DNA of 35,560 nucleotides from Acidimicrobiia bacterium (GTDB lineage: Bacteria > Actinomycetota > Acidimicrobiia > Spongiisociales > SHLN01), in assembly GCA_041619515.1 (NCBI GenBank), contig JBFKDW010000024.1:1-35560 (forward strand), in the 5' to 3' direction. The notes beneath the pieces were generated by a model. The model searched no databases and was not told where the DNA came from. It was given only the letters and a program-made list of their open reading frames with translations. The position numbers and the translations under genes are program-made. Positions 8,970 through 16,499 of the stretch are shown piece after piece (within the stretch, counting starts at the first letter, position 1; each line of letters opens with the position of its first letter).

Positions 8970-9853
8970 CGGAGGTACTCCGCACCCCAGATAGCGCATT
9001 CGCCGATCTCCCGGATTTTCCCTTCCAGCCCAGGTACTTCGAGTGGGACGGCATACGGATGCATTACCTCGATGAGGGCTCCGGCGATCCGGTGGTGCTC
9101 TTGCACGGTGAGCCGACCTGGTCGTTCCTCTATCGCAAGGTGATTCCGCCCCTGGTTGCGTCCGGATACCGGTGCATCGCCCCCGACTACGTCGGCCTCG
9201 GGAGGTCCGACAAGCCCGTCGACGACGAGTTCTACACCTACGACATGCACACGAGCTCGGTAGCGGCGTTGCTCGGCTCGCTCGAGTTGTCAGCCGCAAC
9301 CGTCGTGGGCCAGGACTGGGGCGGGCCGATCGGCCTTCGCTATGCAGTCGAGCATCCGGAGGTCGTGACCCGCCTGGTGGTGCTGAACACCGGCTTGTTC
9401 ACCGGCCGGGGATCGATGTCGGACACCTGGATGCAGTTTCGAGAGTGGGTGGGGAGAACGCCCGACCTTCCCGTGGACTTCCTCATGTCCCGCAGCCAGG
9501 CGCATCCGTGGGGTGAGGACGTCCTGTCCGCCTACAACGCCCCCTTCCCGAGCTCGGCCCATAAGGCGGGGATCAGGCGGTTCCCGATGATGGTCCCGCT
9601 GGATGCCGGAGATCCCGGTGCCGCCGAGATGATGAGGGTACGAGAGAAGCTTGCCACGTGGAAGCGTCCCGCCTACATCCTGTTCTCGACCGGCGACCCG
9701 ATCTTCTCGACCCGGACCGGAGAACGGCTGGCCGAGCTGATACCGGGGGCCGATGGCCTCGACACCATCGAAGGCGCCGGCCACTTCCTGCAGGAAGACC
9801 AGGGTGAGGAGGTCGGCACCCGGATCGCCCGCTGGCTGCACGCCACGGTGTAG
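8966..9853 (+). CDS. Haloalkane dehalogenase (alpha/beta hydrolase)
   Basis: LRTPD..F, LHGEPTWSFLYRK, GRSDKP, QDWGG nucleophile elbow, AGHFLQED. Confidence 0.9.
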   Translation: MTEVLRTPDSAFADLPDFPFQPRYFEWDGIRMHYLDEGSGDPVVLLHGEPTWSFLYRKVIPPLVASGYRCIAPDYVGLGRSDKPVDDEFYTYDMHTSSVAALLGSLELSAATVVGQDWGGPIGLRYAVEHPEVVTRLVVLNTGLFTGRGSMSDTWMQFREWVGRTPDLPVDFLMSRSQAHPWGEDVLSAYNAPFPSSAHKAGIRRFPMMVPLDAGDPGAAEMMRVREKLATWKRPAYILFSTGDPIFSTRTGERLAELIPGADGLDTIEGAGHFLQEDQGEEVGTRIARWLHATV

Positions 9854-9868
9854 CGCGGCTCGGCGCGG

Positions 9869-10231
9869 TCATGCGCCGCGGGTGAGGTTGTCCAGATGGA
9901 TGGGATCGGCCGGCGCCAGCAACAGGTGCACCTGGTCGTGGCTCAGCCACAGGCCGGGAGCGGCCTCCAGCCAGACCTGCTTGGGGAAGGCATCGAGGTG
10001 GGCCCGCCATCGGCCGCTCGGAGGGGCGTAGAGAAGCACTTCGGGTGCCGGCGCCGACAACGCCTCGAGTCGCCCCACCAAGTCGTACTGACCGAATAGG
10101 GCCGCCATCCCCTCGGCGGGATCGAGCCACTGACCCCGGCGATACCACGACACTTCCCCACAGGTGGCGCAACTGACCACCTCGATGCCGGCCACGGTCA
10201 TCGGCATGTGTCTGCATGTCTTCGTCTTCAT
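9869..10231 (-). CDS. Hypothetical protein with an N-terminal CxH-x12-CxxC putative zinc ribbon
   Basis: Fills the gap between genes; MKTKTCRH...SCATCGEVSW; -10-like CATAGT 7 nt upstream of ATG. Confidence 0.6.
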   Translation of the reverse strand: MKTKTCRHMPMTVAGIEVVSCATCGEVSWYRRGQWLDPAEGMAALFGQYDLVGRLEALSAPAPEVLLYAPPSGRWRAHLDAFPKQVWLEAAPGLWLSHDQVHLLLAPADPIHLDNLTRGA

Positions 10232-10238
10232 ACCGGAC

Positions 10239-10260
10239 ACTATGGCGACCGGGTGTGACA
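10239..10260 (-). promoter_or_regulatory. PafBC/RecA-NDp-like promoter TGTCAC-N10-CATAGT
   Basis: Minus strand TGTCACACCCGGTCGCCATAGT-N7-ATG; same spacing as the site at 13776. Confidence 0.55.
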
Positions 10261-10284
10261 AAAAGCCGATCGTCCCGGCAAGCG

Positions 10285-10313
10285 AAGAGACCGGCCCCGC
10301 GGGCCGGTCTCTT
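10285..10313 (-). terminator. Hairpin terminator after the 10375-11322 gene
   Basis: AAGAGACCGGCCC-cgc-GGGCCGGTCTCTT, perfect 13-bp stem. Confidence 0.7.
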
Positions 10314-10374
10314 GGCGCTAGGAGGTCCTGGCGATGCGGCAGGGAGGGTACCGGCTGCCAGTGCTCCTGAACCG

Positions 10375-11322
10375 TCAGGCGCTGAGGCTCACCTCATCGG
10401 CCGGGGCTATGTCGAACCCTCCACCGAAGCCACCTCCGAAACCGCCGCGATCTCCGAAACCGGGACCGCCGCACCGTCCGTGGCGTCCACGGTGGCCGTC
10501 GATGCCGGCCCGGTCACCGGGTACGGCTTGAACTCGCTCGGTCATCCGGGCGGTGATCTCGGCGAGGCGCTCGTCGGCTTGTTCCCGGGTCAGGGTGCCG
10601 TCGGCGACCTTCGCCTGCAGGTCGTCGGCCACCGGGGCGATCAGGCCGGCCACGAGCTCGTCGACCGAGAGAGCGTTCGGGCCCTCAGCGGCGATCTCGG
10701 CCAGCGTCTCACCGTCCTCGAGCGCGGCCTGGATGTCCTCGAAAGGAATCCCCATCACGCTGGCCAGGGTGTCCTGACGCTCGACGCGACGGGCTTCCCG
10801 CTCGGCCTGGCGCTCGGCCCGCTCCGCATCACGGGCCGCCTGGATCTCCTCTTGCGTGGAGTTGACGAGCGTGGTGATCTTCGCCGAGGCTTCGGCGAGG
10901 ACCTCGTCGGCTCGCTCCTGGGTGATCCGATCGGCCGCCACCGCCTCGTCGAGCTTGTTGCTCAGGTCGGCCACCAGCTCCTCGACGAGGGCTGAGCCGC
11001 TCGACCCGTTGGCGGCGGCGATGTCGGCGAGCGTTCCGCCGGCTTCGAGCTCATCCCGGATCACGTCGGCGTCCACGCCGAGTATGTCGGCTACCCGGCC
11101 GAGATGGCCGGGGCCGCCCCGCATGCCATGGTGTCCGCGGCGTCCCTCGAACTTCTCGCGAAGCCCCAGCTGCGGGGCGCCCGGGACAATCTCCTCGACC
11201 TGCGAGTCGTCGGTAGGGGGGACCGAATCGTCGGTCCCGTCGGTCTGGGCGAACGCCAGTCCGCCGGCGGCCATCGCGGCCACCACCAGGGCGACGAATC
11301 CGATCTTCAGACTCTGTCTCAT
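10375..11322 (-). CDS. Secreted helical protein with an internal duplication and Gly/His-rich linkers
   Basis: Signal peptide ending AFA-Q; repeats LEAGGTLADIAA / LEDGETLAEIAA and AVAADRITQERADE / KVADGTLTREQADE; AAGGAG RBS. Confidence 0.75.
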   Translation of the reverse strand: MRQSLKIGFVALVVAAMAAGGLAFAQTDGTDDSVPPTDDSQVEEIVPGAPQLGLREKFEGRRGHHGMRGGPGHLGRVADILGVDADVIRDELEAGGTLADIAAANGSSGSALVEELVADLSNKLDEAVAADRITQERADEVLAEASAKITTLVNSTQEEIQAARDAERAERQAEREARRVERQDTLASVMGIPFEDIQAALEDGETLAEIAAEGPNALSVDELVAGLIAPVADDLQAKVADGTLTREQADERLAEITARMTERVQAVPGDRAGIDGHRGRHGRCGGPGFGDRGGFGGGFGGGFDIAPADEVSLSA

Positions 11323-11385
11323 CTCTGTTCTCCTTTCCAAGAACCTGTCACGGTTCCAGGATGCGGCGCCGACATGTGGAGTCTG

Positions 11386-11412
11386 TTAAGCGAACCTGAG
11401 AGTCACCTAAGT
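11386..11412 (-). promoter_or_regulatory. OmpR/MprA-like tandem hexamer site
   Basis: Minus strand ACTTAG-N5-TCTCAG-N4-GCTTAA, upstream of CATCCT -10 (11358-11363). Confidence 0.45.
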
Positions 11413-11447
11413 GTTGAGCCGCATGCCCCTTGGCGTAGCATCGGCCC

Positions 11448-11801
11448 ATGTTCCGGCGCAAGAAAAGCCAGCTCGGCCCGTACGAATCCGCCCGGGCGGA
11501 GGACAAGCTGGTCCTGGCGGCCCTCGTCGACGCCGGTGCTACTTTGACCGAGCCGCGCCATGTCCTCCATTTCATCTACGACCTCGTCGATGAAGCTGCA
11601 GCCCGGATGGCTTCCGAAACAGTGGCAGGATGGCAGTCGACGATCGGGCCGCCCGTCGAAGGCTACGACACGTGGTCTGTCACATTCGAACGGCAGGGGT
11701 ACGTCCTGACTCCCCACAATGTCGCGGCGGACGGCGAGATGTTCATGCAGGCAGCCCGGGCCGGCGGTGGGCGCTACGACGGTTGGGAGGCCTCGGTCTA
11801 G
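11448..11801 (+). CDS. RraB-like (ribonuclease E inhibitor) domain protein
   Basis: PRHVLHFIY and terminal GGRYDGWEA; TAGCAT-N6-ATG. Confidence 0.75.
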   Translation: MFRRKKSQLGPYESARAEDKLVLAALVDAGATLTEPRHVLHFIYDLVDEAAARMASETVAGWQSTIGPPVEGYDTWSVTFERQGYVLTPHNVAADGEMFMQAARAGGGRYDGWEASV

Positions 11802-13699
11802 ACGGGGGCGCCGGCTCGGAATTGGGTTTCGTAGAGCCGGGCGTAGAGCCCACCCGCGCCGAGCAGGTCGTCATGGGTACCCGCTTCGACGATGCGGCCC
11901 TCATCGAGGACCAGAATCCGGTCGGCCGCCAGGATGGTCGACAGACGATGGGCGATGACCAGCGACGTCCGGCCCCGCATGATGCCATCGAGCGCCTCCT
12001 GGATGAGAGCCTCGGACCGGGCGTCGAGATGGGAGGTCGCCTCATCGAGGATCAGGATGCGGGGATCCTTGAGGATGACTCGGGCGATGGCGACCCGCTG
12101 CTTCTCACCACCCGACAACCGATAGCCCCGCTCCCCCACCCGGGTCTCATACCCGCGGGGGAGAGAGGCGATGTAGTCGTGGATGTTGGCGGCCCGGGCG
12201 GCTGCCTCCAGTTCCTCCTGAGTGGCTTCGGGCTTGGCGTAACGGAGGTTGGCGGCGATGGAATCGTGGAACAGGTAGCTCTCCTGGGTGACGACACCGA
12301 TGTGGTGGGCGAGCGAATCGAACTCGATGTCACGCACGTCGTGTCCGTCGATGCGCACCGCGCCGGACGTGGCGTCGTACAGGCGGGGGACCAGATAGGT
12401 CACGGTCGTCTTGCCGGCGCCGCTCGGGCCGACGAGCGCGACGAGCTCGCCGGGCTCGACGTCGAAGGAGACTCCCTCCAGCGCGGTCCGCCTGGTCGGC
12501 ACCTGCAGCTCGGCATCTTCATCGACCTTTTCAGTAGGACGCCACATCGACACTCGCTTGATCGACTGCAGGCCCACCTCGCCGCCGGCCGCATAGTCGA
12601 ACGTCACGTCCTCGAAGCTGATGGCGCCTCGCATGTCCGCCAGCTCGACCGCATCGTCGTGCTGGCTGATCTCCTGGTCGATGTCGACCACCTCGAAGAC
12701 CCGCTCGAACGAAACCAGGCTGGTGGCGAGCTCCACCCGAGCGTTGGAGAGGCCCGAAAGCGGCCCGTACAGCTCCCGCAAGTAGAGCGACAGAGCGACC
12801 ACCGTGCCGATATCGAGGTCCCCGTTGATGACGAGGACCGCTCCCACCCAGAACACGGCGGCGGTCCCGAGCGCGCTCACCAGGCCAAGCGACATGAAGA
12901 ACCAGCGCCCTATGAGCGCCCGCCGGATCCCGAGGTCACGCACGTCGGCGGCCTCCTCTTCGAACCGCGCCCCTTCATCGCGAGCCCGCCCGAACAACTT
13001 GACCAGCAGCGCACCAGAGACGTTGAGCGCTTCGTTCATGGTGGCATTCATGTCGGCGTTTCGCTCCATCTGTTCCCGGGCGATCCGCCGAAGCGCCTTG
13101 CCGACCCGGCGGGACGGGATCACGAACAGCGGGAGAACCATCACGGCCAGCAGGGTGAGGCGCCATTCGAGCTGCAGCATGATGGCGAGGGCGAACACAA
13201 CCATGAAGATGTTGGAGACGATGGTCACGAGCGTCCCGGTGATCGCTTGCTGGGCGCCTACCACGTCGTTGTTGAGGCGGGACATGAGCTCGCCGGTACG
13301 GGTGTTGGTGAAGAACCGCATCGACATGCCCTGCAGATGTGCGAACAATTGACGGCGGAGGTCGAAAATGATGCCCTCTCCCGCCCGAGCGGAGGCCCAC
13401 CGCTGCAGCACCCCGAGGACGCCGTTCACCAGCGGCACCGCCACCATGAGGATGCCGAGCACCGTCACCCGGCCGATGTTCCCATCCGGGATGGCCCGGT
13501 CGATCAGATCGCGGATCAGCAGCGGCGGAAGCAGGGTGACGGCGGTGATCAAGATGATGGTGATGAAGACCAGCCCGAGCTCGAGGCGGTACGGGCTGGC
13601 ATAGGTCATGACGCGCTTGAGCAGCGCTCGGTCGAACGTCGGCTTGTCCTGCTCCTCGTCGTACTTGAGATACGACCACCAGCCGCCCGAATGAAACAT
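11798..13699 (-). CDS. ABC exporter, fused permease and ATP-binding domains
   Basis: TM domain plus GPSGAGKT, LSGGEKQR, LILDEATS, IAHRLST; AGGAGG RBS before ATG 13699. Confidence 0.95.
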   Translation of the reverse strand: MFHSGGWWSYLKYDEEQDKPTFDRALLKRVMTYASPYRLELGLVFITIILITAVTLLPPLLIRDLIDRAIPDGNIGRVTVLGILMVAVPLVNGVLGVLQRWASARAGEGIIFDLRRQLFAHLQGMSMRFFTNTRTGELMSRLNNDVVGAQQAITGTLVTIVSNIFMVVFALAIMLQLEWRLTLLAVMVLPLFVIPSRRVGKALRRIAREQMERNADMNATMNEALNVSGALLVKLFGRARDEGARFEEEAADVRDLGIRRALIGRWFFMSLGLVSALGTAAVFWVGAVLVINGDLDIGTVVALSLYLRELYGPLSGLSNARVELATSLVSFERVFEVVDIDQEISQHDDAVELADMRGAISFEDVTFDYAAGGEVGLQSIKRVSMWRPTEKVDEDAELQVPTRRTALEGVSFDVEPGELVALVGPSGAGKTTVTYLVPRLYDATSGAVRIDGHDVRDIEFDSLAHHIGVVTQESYLFHDSIAANLRYAKPEATQEELEAAARAANIHDYIASLPRGYETRVGERGYRLSGGEKQRVAIARVILKDPRILILDEATSHLDARSEALIQEALDGIMRGRTSLVIAHRLSTILAADRILVLDEGRIVEAGTHDDLLGAGGLYARLYETQFRAGAPV

Positions 13700-13775
13700 G
13701 CATCCTCCTGGAAGGAGAGGGTAGGACGGTGCAAACCTCCGCGTACCCGCAAGGATTCCAGCCGGGCGGGTTTCG

Positions 13776-13797
13776 TGTCTCACCCTCCTGATATGAT
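13776..13797 (+). promoter_or_regulatory. PafBC/RecA-NDp-like promoter TGTCTC-N10-TATGAT
   Basis: TGTCTCACCCTCCTGATATGAT-N7-ATG(13805). Confidence 0.55.
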
Positions 13798-13812
13798 CGA
13801 ACATATGTTCGA
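13797..13812. promoter_or_regulatory. LexA (SOS) box
   Basis: Perfect palindrome TCGAACATATGTTCGA matching the actinobacterial consensus TCGAAC-N4-GTTCGA; overlaps the -10 element and start codon. Confidence 0.85.
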
Positions 13813-15065
13813 GCGCGAGAAGGTCGAAGAGGCCCACGGCACGCTGGACGGATTAGACGACATCGAACCGGGGTGTGGACCCTTGCAGTCTTCCTGTCCC
13901 GGATCAACCTCAAAGACATATCCGGACATGACCGGGTCGTGGTACTCCGAGCTCACCAGCGAATGGCCTCGCATTACACCGCCCAAACCTACGATGCGAT
14001 GGCCGCCGTCTCCGACTCGATCTCACACATCGACGACGACATCCAACTCGCAACCGAGGCCGCTGCTGCCGAAATCCGCGCCGCCCTGCGACTGACCCGC
14101 CGCGCCGCCGACACCGAACTGAGCCTCGCCCTCGACCTCCGAAGCCGCCTCCCCCGGGTGTGGGAGCTCCTGGCCGGCGGTGAGATCGATCCGCGTCGGG
14201 CCCGGGCCATCGTCCACACCACCAGCCACCTCCCCGCTGCCACCGCCCAGCACGTCGTCGACCAGGTCATCGACGAGGCACCACGGCTCACCACCGGCCA
14301 ACTCATGGCCCGCATCCGGCGGCTCAGCCTCGACGCTGATCCTGAACAAGCCGCCGACCGATATCGGGGGGCGATTGCCGGCCGGCGAGTGGTGTCCGAA
14401 CCCACTCCCGACGGCACCGCCCACCTGTTCGGGCTCAATCTCCCCCCGCATCGAGTGGCCGCCATCACCCGCCGAATCAACCAGATCGCCCGGAGTTTGC
14501 GGTCGGCCACCGAGTCGCGCAGCATGGACCAACTCCGCGCCGATATCCTCCTCGACCTGCTCCAGGGCACTACCGAGCCAGACCGTAGTGCCGGCATGGT
14601 CGACATCCACGTCGACCTCGAAACCCTCACCAACTCGCCGACCACCCCGGCGAACTCGCCGGCTACGGGCCCGTCATCGCCGACATCGCCCGCCAGGTCA
14701 CCCAATCACAACCCCGGGCCGAGTGGCGCTACACCATCACCGATCCAGCCACCGGCCGAGTGGTCGATACCGGAGCAACCCGGCGACGCCCAACGACCAG
14801 CCAGCGCAGCACCGTGCAAAGCCAATTTCCCACCTGCGTGTTTCCCGGCTGTTGCATGCCCGCCACCGACTGCGACCTCGACCATCGCATACCCCACGCA
14901 GAGGCCGGACCCACCCTCACGCCCAACCTCGCCCCCCTCTGTCGCCACGACCACCACATCATCCGCCACCGCGCAGGATGGACCCATAAACCCCTCCCCA
15001 ACGGCGGCCACCAATGGACCAGCAAACTCGGCCACACCTACACCACCAGCGGCACACCCCCCTGA
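13805..15065 (+). pseudogene. DUF222 / HNH endonuclease (REP13E12-like), frameshifted at about 13870 and about 14630
   Basis: AEIRAALRLT, LPRVWELLAGGEID, RSMDQLRADILLDLL, then in a shifted frame PGELAGYGPV...CVFPGC..CDLDH..NLAPLCRHDH; the frameshifts may be sequencing errors. Confidence 0.85.
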
Positions 15066-15116
15066 TCCAACCGGGCTCCTCACCGCAATGCCGGTGCGAC
15101 CGGGTACGATGCGGGG

Positions 15117-15872
15117 GTGCTGCGGACCATCACACTCATCCGGCGCAGCTTCCCCAATCAGCCGGTGTTCGATACGGCTGTATCGCACGCCCTTCTCCGC
15201 CGGGCGGCTCGGGGCGAGATCGGTGAGACCCTGCGGGTGAGCATCCCCGGCCGGATGGTGGCCTTCGGCCGGCAGGATATTGCCGCCGACGGGTACAGGA
15301 CGGCCACCGTGGAGGCGCGCCAGCGCGGCTTCGCCGCCATCGAACGACTGGCCGGCGGCCGGGCGGCCGTCTTCCACCCCGGCACCATTGCCTTCGCCTG
15401 GACCGTGCCCGATATGGAGGCGCGAGCCGGGATCACGACCCGCTTCAAGGAGATGGCCGACATTGTTGCCGCCACCCTCGAAGGCCTCGGGGTCGAAGCC
15501 CATATCGGTGAGATCCCGGGCGAGTACTGCCCGGGCGCCTACAGCGTCAACGCCCGCCGACAGCGCAAGATCATGGGCGTCGGCCAGCGGGTGATTCGGG
15601 GGGCCGCCCATGTGGGCGGGGTGATCGTCGTCAACGACGCCGCCGCCGTGCGACACGTGCTCATACCGGTGTACCGGGCATTGGGAGTTCCATGGGAGCC
15701 GGCAACCGCCGGGAGCGTCGAGGACGAGCTCGGGGCTCCCCGCGACCTCGAGAAGGTGGCGGATGCGTTCGTCGCCGAGTTCGCCGATCGGTTCGATCTC
15801 TCTGAGGGTTTGCTCGGAGAATCCACCCTGGCCGAAGCCGAAGTATTGGCCCCGGGACACGCCTCCCCCTGA
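15117..15872 (+). CDS. Lipoate-protein ligase family, LipL-like octanoyl/lipoyl amidotransferase
   Basis: RLAGGRAAV, GEYCPGAYSVN, KIMGVGQR; TACGAT-N6-GTG. Confidence 0.8.
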   Translation: MLRTITLIRRSFPNQPVFDTAVSHALLRRAARGEIGETLRVSIPGRMVAFGRQDIAADGYRTATVEARQRGFAAIERLAGGRAAVFHPGTIAFAWTVPDMEARAGITTRFKEMADIVAATLEGLGVEAHIGEIPGEYCPGAYSVNARRQRKIMGVGQRVIRGAAHVGGVIVVNDAAAVRHVLIPVYRALGVPWEPATAGSVEDELGAPRDLEKVADAFVAEFADRFDLSEGLLGESTLAEAEVLAPGHASP

Positions 15873-16318
15873 TGCCGAGTGTCCTCGTCATCCATGGGCC
15901 CAACCTCAACCTGCTCGGCACCCGGGAGCCGGCGATCTACGGGACCACCACCCTCGGCGAGCTGGATGAGCTCTGTGTCGGCTGGGGCGCCGACCTGGGC
16001 CTGGCGGTGTCGACGTTCCAATCGAACCACGAGGGCGCCATCATCGACCGTATCCAGGCCGCCGGCGGCGCCAGCGACGGCATCGTGATAAACGCCGGTG
16101 CCCTCACCCACTATTCGTACGCCATCTACGACGCCCTCGTCGCGGTCGCCCTCCCCTCCGTCGAGGTGCACATCTCCGACATTCACGCCCGCGAAGAATG
16201 GCGTCGCCGGTCGGTTATCCAGCCCGCCTGCCTGGCGCAGATCAGCGGGCAGGGAATCGACGGGTACCGGCAAGCACTCGCCCTTCTCGCGAAGGCCGAG
16301 CATGGAGGCCGTGGATAG
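15872..16318 (+). CDS. aroQ: Type II 3-dehydroquinate dehydratase
   Basis: HGPNLNLLGTREPAIYG, QSNHEG, INAGALTHYS, EVHISDIHAREEWR. Confidence 0.97.
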   Translation: MPSVLVIHGPNLNLLGTREPAIYGTTTLGELDELCVGWGADLGLAVSTFQSNHEGAIIDRIQAAGGASDGIVINAGALTHYSYAIYDALVAVALPSVEVHISDIHAREEWRRRSVIQPACLAQISGQGIDGYRQALALLAKAEHGGRG

Positions 16319-16330
16319 CGTCGGCGGAGG

Positions 16331-16355
16331 GCCGCTCTCCGTGGTGTAGGGTTGG
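16331..16355 (+). repeat. Promoter repeat copy 1 (contains TAGGGT -10)
   Basis: GCCGCTCTCCGTGGTGTAGGGTTGG; 23/25 identical to 18458-18482. Confidence 0.75.
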
Positions 16356-16499
16356 GCCCGTAACCCGGGTCGGGAGTAGATCGAGGGCCGTCGCAGCGAA
16401 TTGTTCGCTGCGCCGTTCCCCGGCTCCTCCCGTCCGGCCGGTAGAGACAAGACGAGCGGCTCCCGCGCCGGCGAGCCGTCTGAGAGGGTAGGAGAGCTC

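Noticed and set aside
11630..14095. 821-aa + strand ORF and many other long antisense or alternate-frame ORFs (e.g. 16605-17990, 19854-21170, 33259-34635)
   Set aside because: Shadow ORFs of real genes in high-GC DNA; only the short segment from 13805 belongs to the HNH gene
14640..15240. Pro/Ser/Thr-rich tail of the 455-aa ORF suggesting a mucin-like domain
   Set aside because: Out-of-frame translation after the frameshift; the true frame encodes the HNH domain
16403..16421. GTTCGCT...GTTCCCC as a possible PhoP (PHO) box before the nucleotidase
   Set aside because: Spacing is 12 rather than 11, match to GTTCACC is poor, and it lies downstream of the predicted -10 element inside a hairpin
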